Shown piece by piece: positions 11,136 through 22,609 of a stretch of 64,000 bases of DNA. Every line of letters begins with the position of its first letter. Within the stretch, counting starts at the first letter, position 1. The notes beneath the pieces were generated by a model. The model was not told the DNA's origin and did no database searches. It saw nothing but the letters and a program-made list of their open reading frames with translations. The DNA is from Mobula hypostoma (Eukaryota): NCBI RefSeq assembly GCF_963921235.1, contig NC_086097.1, forward strand, positions 132,806,001 to 132,870,000, in the 5' to 3' direction. The position numbers were made by a program, and so were the translations under genes.

Positions 11136-14100
11136 GCAAGGCCCCTTCAGATGCATTCACCAAGACTTAAATATTTGTACACATGGATGGAAGATTCAAA
11201 GCCAATATCTTTCAACCAAGCAGATAGTCAAAGGACTTTGCTGAGAGTGGTGCATGAATATACTATTCTAGTAATCATTAAAGGCTCATTTGGCCACAAA
11301 AAAACATCAAAAACAACACCTGCCTTGCAGGGCAGGAGCCTGTTGAAAACTGCAAGTCTTGCCAGGAGCGAGTCATTGTTTAAAGTAGTGAGTGAGAGAG
11401 CAACATCTTGCAGGACGGGAGCCATTTGAAAACCGCAGTTCTCATCGGGAGTGTGTCATTATTCGAGCCAGTAAAAAGAAAGGAAGTGTAAACAGAGCAG
11501 CTATTGTTGAGTGGAGCAGTTAGACTGGTCTGGCTTTGGCTCCACAGGCTTCAGCAAGAGCAGGCTTGGACAAGCACAGACACAGGCTCCAAGTTTCTAG
11601 TAATTTTTTTGTTAGTACATAACCAGTGCACTGAGAATGGGTCGAGAATTAGTGATATGTTCCTTGTGTGAGATGTGGGAACTTTAGGATACCTCCAGTT
11701 TCCCTGATAACTACTTCTGCATGGTGCACCAAGCGGCAGCTCCTTAGAGACCACGTTAAGGAAATGAAGCTGCAACAGGATGCCTTTGTCTCATTCAGGA
11801 CAATGACGAGATGATAGGAGCTACGGGGAGGTAGTCAGCCCTACACTGCAGGAGGCAGGTAGCTGAGTGACTGTCAAGAGAGGGAAATGGAACAGGGCAG
11901 CCAGTGCCTTTGTGGATATTCCCCTCAATATGATGGGTGACAAGGTCCTGCTAAGTGAGTTCAGGTAGTTGGGTGCTAAGTGAAAGGATGGGACCTCCAG
12001 TGTTGTAACCTTAGTATTGCCACCTGTGCCATATGTTAGTAATAGAAAGATCTTATAGTTTAACACATAACTAAGGAGTTAGTGCAGGAGGGACGGCCTC
12101 TGATTTTTGGATCATTGCGCTGTCTTCTAGAGAAGGTAGGGCATGTACAGAAGGGATGGTTTGCACCTGAACTGGAGGGGACTAATATCCTAGTGTAAAG
12201 GTTTGCTGGTGCTGCATAGGGGTGCTTGGGGGTTGGTGGGGTGGGGGGCTTTAAGCTAGAGTTGCAAGGGAATGGTAACAGAGCACCTGAACAGATAGGG
12301 GAGTAGTTGTGGAGAAAGATGTTAAGCCTACGTACAAAGTCAGGACTCAAAAGGTTGAGCATGGTGGGGCTAATATTCTAAGTGGCGTATATTTCAAAGC
12401 AAGAAAGATTGTAGGAAAGGCAGATGAGCTTAGGGCATAGATCAGCACATAGAATTATGACATTGTAGCCATTAATGAGATGGTTGCAGGAGGGACAGGA
12501 GTGGTACTGTACCTCAGTGTTCCAGGGTTCCATTGTTTTAGACATGAAAGAGCAGGAGAGATTAAAGGGGATGGAGTGGCATTACTAGTCATGGAAAATG
12601 TGACAGCAGTGCTTAGACATGACAGACTGGAAAGCTCATCTAGATAGGCTTTATGGGTAGAAATGAGGAACAGGAAAGGTACGACTATGTTAATGGGATT
12701 CTGTTACAGACAATGCAACAGTGCCTGGGATTTGGAGGAGCAAATTTGTAGAGAGATAGCAGACTGTTGCGAGAAAGGTAAGGTTGAGATAGTAGGTGAT
12801 TTTAACTTTCCACATTGACTGGGACTCCATACGGTAAAAAGGCTGAATGGGAAAGAAAATGTCCTTAATCATTACATAGAAGACACAGCTAAAGAGAGTG
12901 TGATACTCACTCTCCTATTAGGGAATGAGATAGGGCAGGTGACAGAGGTTTGTGTTGGGGAACACTTTCCATCCAGTGAACATAATGCCATTAGTTTCAA
13001 GGCAACTATGCAAAAAGATAGATCTGGTCCTCAGGTTGAGATTCTAAATTGAAAAGGGCCAATTTTGATGGTATCAGAGAGGATGTGACAAGTGTGGATT
13101 GGATTAGGTTGTTTTCTGGCTAAGGTGTACTTGGTAAGTGAGAAGTCTTCAAAGGTGAAATGTTATGAGTACATAGTTTGAATGTTCCTGTTACAATAAA
13201 AGTCAAGTAAAACAGGTTTATGGAACCTTGGTTTTCTAGAGATATTGAAGCCCTGATTAAGCCAAAAAAGGAGGTACACAGCAGTTATAGGCTGTTAGGA
13301 ACAAAGGAGATACCTGAGGAGTACAAGAAATGCAAGAGAACATATAAAGAAGTAAATCAAGAGAGTTGAAAGAAGACATGAGGTTGTTCTGGCAGATGTG
13401 TAGGAGAATCCAATGAGCTTCTACAGATAGAGTATATAAAGAGCAAAAGGATTGCAAGGGCCAATATTGGTCCTCTGGAAACTCATACTAGCAATTTATG
13501 CATGGAGCCGAAAGAGATGAGGGAGATCTTAAATGGATGTTTTTGCATCTGTGTTTACTCAGGAGACAGACATAGAGTCTGTAGATGAGAGGCAATGCAG
13601 CAGCGAGGTCATGGACCCTATAAAGATTACAGAGGAAGAGGCACTGGGTGTCTTGAAGCAAATTAGGGTGGATAATTCCCCTGGGCCTGGCAAGGTGTTC
13701 TCTCGGACCATAGGGGAGACTAGTACAGAAATTGCAGAGATACTTAAAACATCCTTAGCCACAGTTCAGGTGCCGGAGGATTGGAGGATAACTAATGTTG
13801 TTCCATTGTTTAAGACAGGCTCTAAGAATAAGACAGGAAATTATAGGCCGGCAAGCCTGACATCAGTCGTGGGAAAGTTGTTGGAAGGTATTCTAAGGGA
13901 GGAGATATATAAGCATTTGGAGAGGCAAGGATTGATTAGGGATAGCCAACATTGCTTTGTGCGTGGTAAGTCATGTCTAAACAATCTTACAGAATTGATG
14001 AAGGCAAGGCAGTGGATGTTGTTTACCTGGACTTTAGCAAGACCTTTGATAAAGTGTCACATGAGAGCTTGGTCAAGAAGATTCAATTGTTTGGCATTCA

Positions 14101-14442
14101 GGCTGAGGTAGTACATTGGATTAGACATTGATTTTGTTGAAGAAGCTAGAGAGTGGCTGTAAATGGCTGCCTCTCTGACTAAAACCTATGACTGGTGGTC
14201 TGTCGTAGGGATTTATTCTGGGTCCGTTGCTGTTTGTCATCTATAAGAATGATCTGGATGATAATATGGTAAACTGGATTAGCAACTTTGCAGATGACAT
14301 CAAGATTGGGGGTTGAGTAGTAGATAGTGAGGAAGACTATCACAGCCTGCAGCGAGATCTGGATAAGAAGAAAAGATGGGCTGCAAAATGGCTGATGGAA
14401 TTTAATACAGACAAATGTGAGGTGTTGCACTATGCTTGCATG

Positions 14443-14710
14443 TTGAGATACAGTGCAGAATAAACCCTTCAAGCTGCACCGTGCAGCAATCCCCTGATTT
14501 AATGCTAGCCTAATCATGAGACAATTTACAATGATCAATTAACTTACCAACTGGCACGTCTTGCACTAAGGGGAGGAAACCGGACGACCCGGAGGAAACC
14601 CACACGGTCACAGGCAGAACATACAAACTCTTTACAGGAAGTGGCAGGAATTGAACCCGGGTCGCTGGTACTGTAAAGCGTTGTGCTAATCACGACGCTA
14701 CCTGCTGTCC
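14443..14710 (-). mobile_element. Full-length V-SINE forming the 3' end of the NUBP2 insert
   Basis: Reverse complement shows head GGTAGCGTCGTGATTAGCAC...GGGTTCAATTCC, the V-domain and 3' end CTGTATCTCAA. Same family as 731-990. Confidence 0.88.
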
Positions 14711-14924
14711 AACTACTGTGTCGTATACAGGTATAAAATCTTCCTCCACAAATGCCAGCTGCTTCTTGGTCAATTTGTAATTTTATATCAAGTATTGATA
14801 GTTTTTGGTGCATCCTAATAATCAAGAACTATTAGGTAAAGGAGTTAGCTCGTGAGTCAGTGATGATTATATTTAATGGTGGATGAGGCATGACAGTCTA
14901 AATAAGCCATTTCTGTTTCTATGG

Positions 14925-15476
14925 TTATGTATCATGTCCAGAGAATTCACTATCATTGTTTACAATCTTCTCCACTATTTTATTAATGGCATCAAAAGTT
15001 GCACTCTTTGGAAAGGCTTGGTTGAAATCTCTACCTTCTTCCATTCTATGCATCAGTTGAGGATCTAGAGGAACACATCCTAGAAATGGAACAACGGACT
15101 GCCCAGAAAGTGCTTCTCCACTTTGCCTGGAAAATACATTAGTGCATTCTGAACAGTTTAGGCCGACAAAGACACTCTTGTTTTCAATTATTCCAATGAG
15201 AGGTAATCCAGTTTTCTTAAAGAATGTCAATTTCCTTCTCACATCTCCTATAGATACTGCTTGAGGTGTTGTAACCGACAGAGCTCCATCAGGTTTATGT
15301 TGGCAAAGGGCCTGCTCCACTGAGATATGTTCATCAGAAGCTCCCGGAGGTGCATCTACAATGAGATAGTCAAGCTCTCCCCATGCCACATCAGAAAGAA
15401 ATTGTTTGATAAAAGCTGCTCTCTTTGGCCCACTCCATATCACAGCATCATCTGGAATCTCCAAGAGAAAGCCTAT
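14925..15476 (-). pseudogene. NUBP2: Processed, 5'-truncated retrocopy of NUBP2 (cytosolic Fe-S cluster assembly factor, Cfd1)
   Basis: IGFLLE.PDDAVIW.GPK.AAFIKQFLSDVAWGELDYLIVDAPPGASDEH...TTPQAVSIGDVRR.LTF...IIEN.S...CSECTNVFS...VPFLGCVPLDPQL matches the NUBP2 C-terminal two thirds with no introns. The P-loop is absent and CPHC reads GLNC. Confidence 0.93.
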
Positions 15477-15733
15477 GGCGAGGGCCAACCAAGGTAGTTC
15501 TTACATGGTGAGCAGCAGAGCACTGAGGAGTGCAGTAGAACAGTGGGATCCGGGAATACTGATCCATAATTCCTTGAAAGTGGTCTCACAGGTAGATAGA
15601 GTAATAAAGAAAACTTTGGCACATTGGCCTTCATAAATTAGTGTATTGAGTACAGGAGTTGGGTTGTTACGTTGAATTTTATAAGACATTGATGAGGCCT
15701 AATTTGGAATACTGTGTGCAGTTTTGTTAACCT

Positions 15734-16568
15734 TGTGACAAAAGAACCAGTTATCAGAATATTGATGCCAATAAGAGGACAATGGGGGAACATGCAAGGT
15801 GCTAATAAGAGAGAGACGAGAGAGATTACCAAAAGGAGACACGGTTCCGAGTATTGTCAGAGACCGGTGGCTTTGAACCTTGAACTGTTTGAAGTTTGAT
15901 GGACAGGCAATACCCCAGCAGGGGGATAAAAAGGGACAGGTTCGCTAAGGCAACAGACACACGACTCCACGAGGTAACGAGACCCTGAAAGCGGTGTGCC
16001 CCCCCACAAGTTGGTGGGAGTTTTTGGAGGTCTTGAGGTTTTTGGGACCAGCCATAGACGCACAGGGTGGAAAGATACGGTCGGGCGGGAACCTGGTGTG
16101 TGTGTCCGCCCTTGCCTGGGTGCCGGGTTCACTGCAGAAGAACGATTGTATCTGGAACAGAGGGGTCACAGTCGGTGACCTCAGAAGATGTTACAAAGGG
16201 CTCGCCCGAAAGCTACCTGCGAGGAATATTGAAGGTCTGTTTGGAAACCGTTTTGCATATTCATTTGTTCTCTCTCTCTCCCCAATGACACGACGGCGAC
16301 TACTGCGAACTGAATTAAACTGAACTCTGTGTCACTTGATGACTGATCATTTTACCCCTCGACTGCAATAGAGCTTGATTGATCCTATTATCCTAGTTCT
16401 GTGTACATGTGTGTTTTATCATTGCTAAACTGTTGCAGTTATATCCGTTTGATTAGAGTACTGTGTTGCTTATTTCTTTAATAAAACTTCCTTAGTTCCA
16501 GTAATCCAGACTCCAACTAAGTGGTCCATTTCTGCTGGTTTGGCAACCCAGTTACGGGGTACATAACA
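15734..16568 (+). mobile_element. Solo LTR (835 bp), 4-bp TSD
   Basis: TGT...ACA termini. TSD ACCT at 15730-15733 and 16569-16572. TATA-like GATAAAA at ~15925 and AATAAA at ~16480. The CR1 resumes in register afterwards. Confidence 0.9.
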
Positions 16569-17659
16569 ACCTATCTTCAAATAAAAAGATATAAGTAAAA
16601 TTGAAAGCGTAGAGAAAATTTACGAGGATGTTGCTGAGAGTTGAGGACCTGAGAGTTAAGGAAAGGTCGAATAGGTTTTGACTTTCTTCTCCAAAACCTG
16701 GAAGATTGAGGGTAGATTTGATAGAGGATACAAAATTATGAAGGTTTGTTTTCTCTGATGTTGGATGAGACTACTACTAGAGGTCATGGGTTAAGGTTGA
16801 AAGTTGAAATGTTTAAGGAGTTATGAGGGGGACCTTCTTCGCTCAAAGGTTGGTGAGAGCGTGGAACAAGCCTCCAGCACAAGTGGTGGATGCGGTGTCG
16901 ACTTCAGCTTTTAAGAGAAATTTGGATAGGATGAGAAGGGTATGGAGGGCTATGGTCCAGGAGCAGGTCAACGGGACTTAGCAGATTAATAGTTTGGCAC
17001 AGTCTAGATGGGCTGAAGGGCCGAAGGGCCTGTTTCTGTGATGTAGTGTTCTATGACTATAAGTTGCTCACAGCTCATAAAACACAACCTTATTAAATAA
17101 TTTCTAACAAGCAAACAAGAAGTCATCTATCTTCCAAGCTGAAACAAAGATTTATTTTATCTTTATACAAGTCAGGCTGCTATTCATCTCTCCAATTAAA
17201 AATGATTCATGCAATGTTGCCTCCAATTATTTTCATCTCATGCGACTCCTTCTCTTTCTGAAATGTCTTCAGCTACTTTTAACTCTCTTATCCACAAGAG
17301 TAAAGACTCTTATGCTGCTCAAGTTTTCTAACAGTAAATGCCATCTTGTGGTTACACCATACACCAGAATGGGACTCAGCACTAAATAAATTTTCATCTT
17401 ACTTCCCAAATCCCATCATAAACTTGAGTCTCTGTTGATCTGCTCCTTAACCTGCCACCTCAAGACCATTAATTTTCTTGCATCATATGGGGTATCCCAT
17501 ATTTAAAGAACTGGCAATGCTGCCTGCAATTAGGCACTCTTTATCCTATATTCCTTACTAAAGTTGGCTCAACACATACTTAGCTTTTCACAGTAGTCTG
17601 AACTAGAATGAAAGTCAGATATCTGCACATCCACCACTGTACTGAATATCAAACCAAAT

Positions 17660-18130
17660 GACTGGATACAGTTCCCAACCTATGGGGATAAAGGGATGGT
17701 CAATGTTTCAGGCTGAGACTTTCCATGAGAACGTAGAAGGCAGCTAGCTTGTGTATGGAACTGATAGGGAAAAATGTGACAGAGGGTGGTAGGTGATAGG
17801 TAGAAACATACAAGGAAGAGATGATGGGCAGATGGCAGCAAGTGAGGGAAGGTCATGAGTTTGAGTTACAAAGAAGGAGGAATAGAAAATGTGAACAAAG
17901 GGAGAGAGAACCTGGGTGAACTGGTGGGACTAGGAAAGGAATACAAGGGGAGCTGGTTACTTAAAATTTAAAAAATTCAATGCTCATGTATTTGCATTGT
18001 GGGAAACCCAAGGTGAATATGAGGTGTTGCTCCTCTGGTTTGCATTTCACCTCACCCAGGCAGTGGAGAAGGCTGTGAATAGATATGTAGGTGTAGGGAT
18101 GGTAATGGGAATTGAAATAACTTTCACTTT
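17660..18130 (-). mobile_element. Old Penelope-like element 3' fragment
   Basis: ORF 17961-18158 (K.EEQHLIFTLG..Q...MSIEF) matches the GIY-YIG C-terminus. Purine-rich UTR. Confidence 0.7.
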
Positions 18131-18396
18131 GGTAGTGCATGGTACCCACCTGCTTCAAGCAGGCTTCAATTATACTGGTACCCGAGAGACTGGCGACCTG
18201 CCTCTATGATTAGCACTTACATCCAGAGTGATGAAGTGTTCTGAGAGTTTGGTGATGGAACATGCCAACTCCTGCCTAAGAACTGACTTGCATCTGCTCC
18301 AATTTGCCTATCGGAGCAACAGGTCCACAGGAGATGCCATCACATTGGCTCTTCACTCATCCCTGGAACACCTGGGCAGTAAAGATGCATATGATT

Positions 18397-19085
18397 TAAG
18401 ATGGCGCTACTGAAAGCATGCAACAGATTATTGGTGGTTCGAAAGCAAAGGAATCCAATTAAAAACATTATTAATTACACTTTTTTTGAAGTAAATTGTG
18501 GTAAATTATCACTGCGAATAATGAAGAGACAAGTGAGAGCAAAGTGAACTTGAGAGATGTGCCATGTTGGTGAGCTGCAAAATCGCCGCACTTGGAGTTG
18601 GAGCTGTGCTGGTTGAATTGGAGAGTTCGGAGGGGAGAAGAAGGGATGGAGGAGTTTCAATGCCCATCCAACTAAGCTGGGTGCGAGGGTGGATTGGGCT
18701 ACGCGTCGAGCTGTTTCGGAGAGGTCGAGAACAGCTTCGTCAGCAGCGATATCCAGGTCCGAAGCGAATCACTGGGCTGTATGTTCTAGGCCTAGTGCAA
18801 TTTGCCACGGCAAGGCGCAGGTCCTAATGCAAGGTACAATACACGGTATGGACAATCTAAACATCAGCCCCAAGGGACTGGCAAGGCGGGGTGTTGAGAG
18901 TCGGGCGAGGTTGCATTGCTCAAAGTGCCGAACCAATTTGGAGAAGTTGAGGATGGCTTCTCCGGCAGCAAAACCTAAGCCCGGAACAATCCTTGGTGAT
19001 GGGACCCAGATCCGAGGGCGAGGCTCAGACAATTTAAATGCCGGCCCAGATAGTCTGGTAGCTCCTCCCTCTGTGACACGAAGGC
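18397..19085 (+). mobile_element. CpG-rich unclassified insertion starting AAGATGGCG
   Basis: It interrupts the Rex1 RT and starts with the same AAGATGGC motif as 27588-28262. Confidence 0.45.
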
Positions 19086-19191
19086 TGTGATCTGCCTGTG
19101 GCTGCTGGGCTTTGTATCTGCAAACCTTGCAGTGATTTGCTAGAGTGCAGTGACAAGAACAGCTCCAACGCCATATTCAAGTTTATTGATG

Positions 19192-19801
19192 GCAACACAC
19201 ACAAAATACTGGAAGAACTCAGCAGGTCAAGCAGCATCCATGGATCTATGGAAAGGAATAAACAGTTTGTGTTTCAGGCCGAGGCCTTTTATCAGGACCG
19301 GAAAAAAAAGATAAGAAATCAGGATAAGAGTTGGGGGGAGGGAGGGAAGATGTACAAGGTGGTAGGTGATAAGTGAAACTGGGAGGGGGGAGGGGGTGAA
19401 GTAAAGAGCTGGAAATTTGATTAGTGAAAGAGATAAAGAGCTGGAGGAGGCGGGGGATCTAAAAGAAGAGGGTAGAAGACCATGGAAGAAAGGGAAGGAC
19501 AAAGAGTCCAGAGGCAAGTAATGGGCAGGAAAGGAAAAAGGTGAGAGAGGGAAACCAGGAATGGGGAATGGTGAATAGGGGTGGGGGGAGAAGCAGTTAC
19601 TGGGAATTTGAGAAATCAATGTTCATGCCATCTGGTTGGAGGAATACAAGGTGTTCCTCCTTCAGACTGAGTGTGGCCTCATCACAGCAGCAGAGGAGGC
19701 CATGGACTGACATACCGAAATGACAGTGGGAAGTAAAATTGAAATAGGTGACTATTGGGAGATCCCACTTTTTCTGGTTGTTGATTGCCAGAAAGTTTGC
19801 T
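19192..19801 (-). mobile_element. Penelope-like 3' fragment with 16-bp TSD
   Basis: TSD TTCAAGTTT(A/G)TTGATG at 19176-19191 and 19802-19817. ORF motif DEATLSLKEEHLVF.LQPDGMNIDFSN. Confidence 0.85.
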
Positions 19802-20294
19802 TTCAAGTTTGTTGATGATACACTGTCATTGGGCAAATCAAAGGTGGTGGTGAATCGGCTTGTGTTAGAGAAATTGAAAATCTGGCTGAATGGTGTCATA
19901 ACAACAACCTTTCACTCAATGACTGCAAGACCAAGGAGCTGATTATAGACTTCAGGAGAAGGAAACCAGGAGTCCATAAGCCAGTTCTCAATGGAATATC
20001 AGAGGTGGAGAGGGTGAGCAACTTTATATTCCTAGGTGATATTATTTTGGAAGACCAGTTCTGGGCCCAGCAAGTAACTGCAATTATGAAGAAGCACAAC
20101 AGTGCCTCTGCTTGCTGAGGAGTTTGCGGAGATTTGCTTGACATCTAATCCTTTGACAAATTTCTATAGCTATGTAGGAAAGAGTATATTGTCTAGGTGC
20201 ATCACAGCCTGGTATGGAAACACCACTTCCTGGTCTTCCTCCAAGTTATTCACCTTCCCATTTTGCAATTAGATTGGCTAATCCTTCATTTCAA

Positions 20295-20980
20295 AGTTTA
20301 AAGATAAATTTATTATCAGAGTACTACATGTCACCACATTCAACCCTGAGTTTTTTTGCTGTGGGCGTACTTAGCAAATCTATAGAACAGTAACTGTAAG
20401 CAGGAGCAATGAACAACAAACTGTGCAAATTCAAATATAATTAAATAGCAATAAATTATGAATATGAAATAACATGAAATAAAAGAGCATGAAATAACAA
20501 GATAAAGAGTTCTTAAAGAGAGACCTTCAGTTGTGAGAACACCAGAAATAGAATGAATGTAGTTTTCCCCCTTTGTTCAGGAGCCTGATGGTTAAGCTGT
20601 AGTAAACGTTCTTAAACCTTGTGGTGTAAGTCCTGAAGCACTTGTACCTTCTACCTGATGGCAACAGCAAGAACAGAGCATAGCCTGGGTGGTGAGGATC
20701 TTTGATGATGGATGCTGCTTTTCTATGGCCACATTTCATGTACATATGCTCAATGATTGGGAGGATTTTAGCCATGATGTACTGGGCCAAATCCACTACC
20801 TTTTGCAGAATTTTCCACTCCAGGGCATTGGTGCTCCCACACCAGGCCGTAATGCAGCCAGTCAACACACTTTTCACCACACATCTGTAGAAGTTTGCCA
20901 AGGTTTTTGATGACTTGCTGAATCACAATGGATTCTTGAGGAAATAGAAGTGCTGTTGTGCTTTATTTGCAATTATACTT
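20295..20980 (-). mobile_element. Rex1/Babar 3' end with tail
   Basis: ORF 20527-20901: NFYRCVVKSVLTGCITAW...KAASIIKDPHHPGYALF.LLPSGRRY...TTRFKN. Confidence 0.9.
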
Positions 20981-21009
20981 GAACAAGATACTAAAGAATA
21001 AGGTGATTT

Positions 21010-21450
21010 CTATGGGTACGAAACTCAGAGTCTTGTGGTACTATATTCATTTCACTTTAACACACGGAAGCAAATGTTAGACAATATCAAAGCAAAATGA
21101 GAGGAGTCTTGAAGATGCAGTAAATGGTTTTTGGACAAGAATGATGAAAGTATCATGGAAGGACAGGGTAACAAATAAGGAAGTGTTGTGAAAAATCGGA
21201 ATAAAAAGGGAACTGATATCATCAATCAGGAAATGGCAGCTGGAATATCTGGGATATGTCTTGAGGAAAGAGAAGCTTGATCTTCTTGCAAGTTTGGGAA
21301 AATTAATTGAACAAAAAGATCACGGTTGACAGTGTATGACATTCATGAGTTACATCAAGGGATGGCCAAGCAAGAGTTTTGAAGAATTTATTGGAAATGC
21401 TCAGATTAAAGACAGATGGAAGACGATGATCATTCATGTCATATGGGACA
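21010..21450 (+). mobile_element. Highly degenerate RTE-clade LINE 3' fragment
   Basis: Conceptual translation around 21100-21190 resembles (L.A.EMW)F..RMMKVSWKDRVTNKEVL. Confidence 0.5.
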
Positions 21451-22609
21451 GCACATAATGACTAATTCCTTCATTGGTGGTTGATTCAAATCCCAGAACT
21501 CACTGCTCAAAAGCTCCATTCTCCAGAAGGCCTGCAAGAATCCAAGCTTATCACTATGAGTCATTAATGCACTGAGAATAAATGTCAATTTTCCCATGGT
21601 GCCCATTAATTCATTTTCCAAAAGTTTATTTTTAATTAAGGCAAGTTTAAAGAATTGTGGTTTACAGAATTATAGAATGATGCCATTTGCCACATCATAC
21701 CTGTGCTGGACAAAATCAAATTTTAGATTAATCCAAATTCTCAGCCCTCAGTCCATAGTCCTGCAGGTCGCAGCTCTTTGAGTACGCACACAAAAGGTCT
21801 CCAAATGCAGTGAAGATTTCTATCTCCTTTGCACATTCAAGTAGTGAGTTCTGCCCAACCACAAATTATTGAGTAAAATAATATTTTCTCAATTCTTCTC
21901 AAATTCTCAATTTGGTTTGGAAGGCTGTTGCTTACTTCTATTGTTTGCATGATTTGTCTTTTTCCCCCTCTTTCTCTGCGCATTGGGGGTTGGTCTTTAT
22001 TTGTTTCATTGGGTTCTATCGGGTTTATTGCTTGGTGACTACCTGTAAGCAGACAAATCTCAAGGCTGTATAATTTATACATTCTTTGAAAATAAATGTA
22101 CTTTAAATCTTTGAATCTTGAATCTTGAAATCCATCTACAATTTTCTGTAAATCTATACTGTTAAGTGAAATAAATATTTCTCTTCATTCTGTTCAAGCC
22201 TCTCATTAAATAAACAGATCTCAAATACATTTCCTGTCTGTCTTCTGTGCTCTAAAGGAAAAGCCTCAGTGTTTTTACTCATCAACAACACTGACTTGAA
22301 TCTCTTCTGCACCCTGACATTGAATCCATCAACTGTGTCATCTTTGACACTTTGGAGATTTCAGTGTGACAACATTGCATTCGTCTAGGCACTCAGTGAA
22401 AAACTTCAAACCAATCGCTGAATGAAAAGCACTCTAATTTGTTAGAGCAAAATGTTTGCATAAGAAAGATGAAAGTCTTCTGTCAGAATTTTGCTGAAGT
22501 GATAAATCTCCAGATATGTGGATTGCTAAAATTAAAATAAAACATGATTTGTTTGGAATTAGTGAATATGAATCTTCGAAAGACTGTACAGGGTCGGTTT
22601 CTATGATGA

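Larger units (their letters stand above)
11330..17060 (+). mobile_element. Near full-length CR1 LINE (5'UTR, ORF1 remnant, ORF2), interrupted at 14435-15472 and 15734-16568
   Basis: ORF 13533-14111 (FASVFT...SPGPG...PEDWRITNVVPLFK.G..GNYRPASLTSVVGKLLE). EN remnants at 12380-13000. The RT continues across both insertions. 3' tail TGTTCTATGACTAT at ~17060. Confidence 0.93.
18200..20230 (+). mobile_element. Rex1/Babar RT fragments interrupted by insertions at ~18397-19085 and 19192-19801
   Basis: MKCSESLVM...LQFAYRSNRSTGDAITLALH (18228-18390), KFVDDTL (19800) and TKELIIDFRR. Confidence 0.8.

Noticed and set aside
10980..11429. 149-aa ORF as a host gene
   Set aside because: No recognisable domain, non-ATG start, and it spans a SINE remnant and the CR1 5' end.
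14925..15488. Functional NUBP2 gene
   Set aside because: Intronless, lacks the N-terminal P-loop, CPxC is altered and it is embedded in a LINE, so it is a retrocopy.
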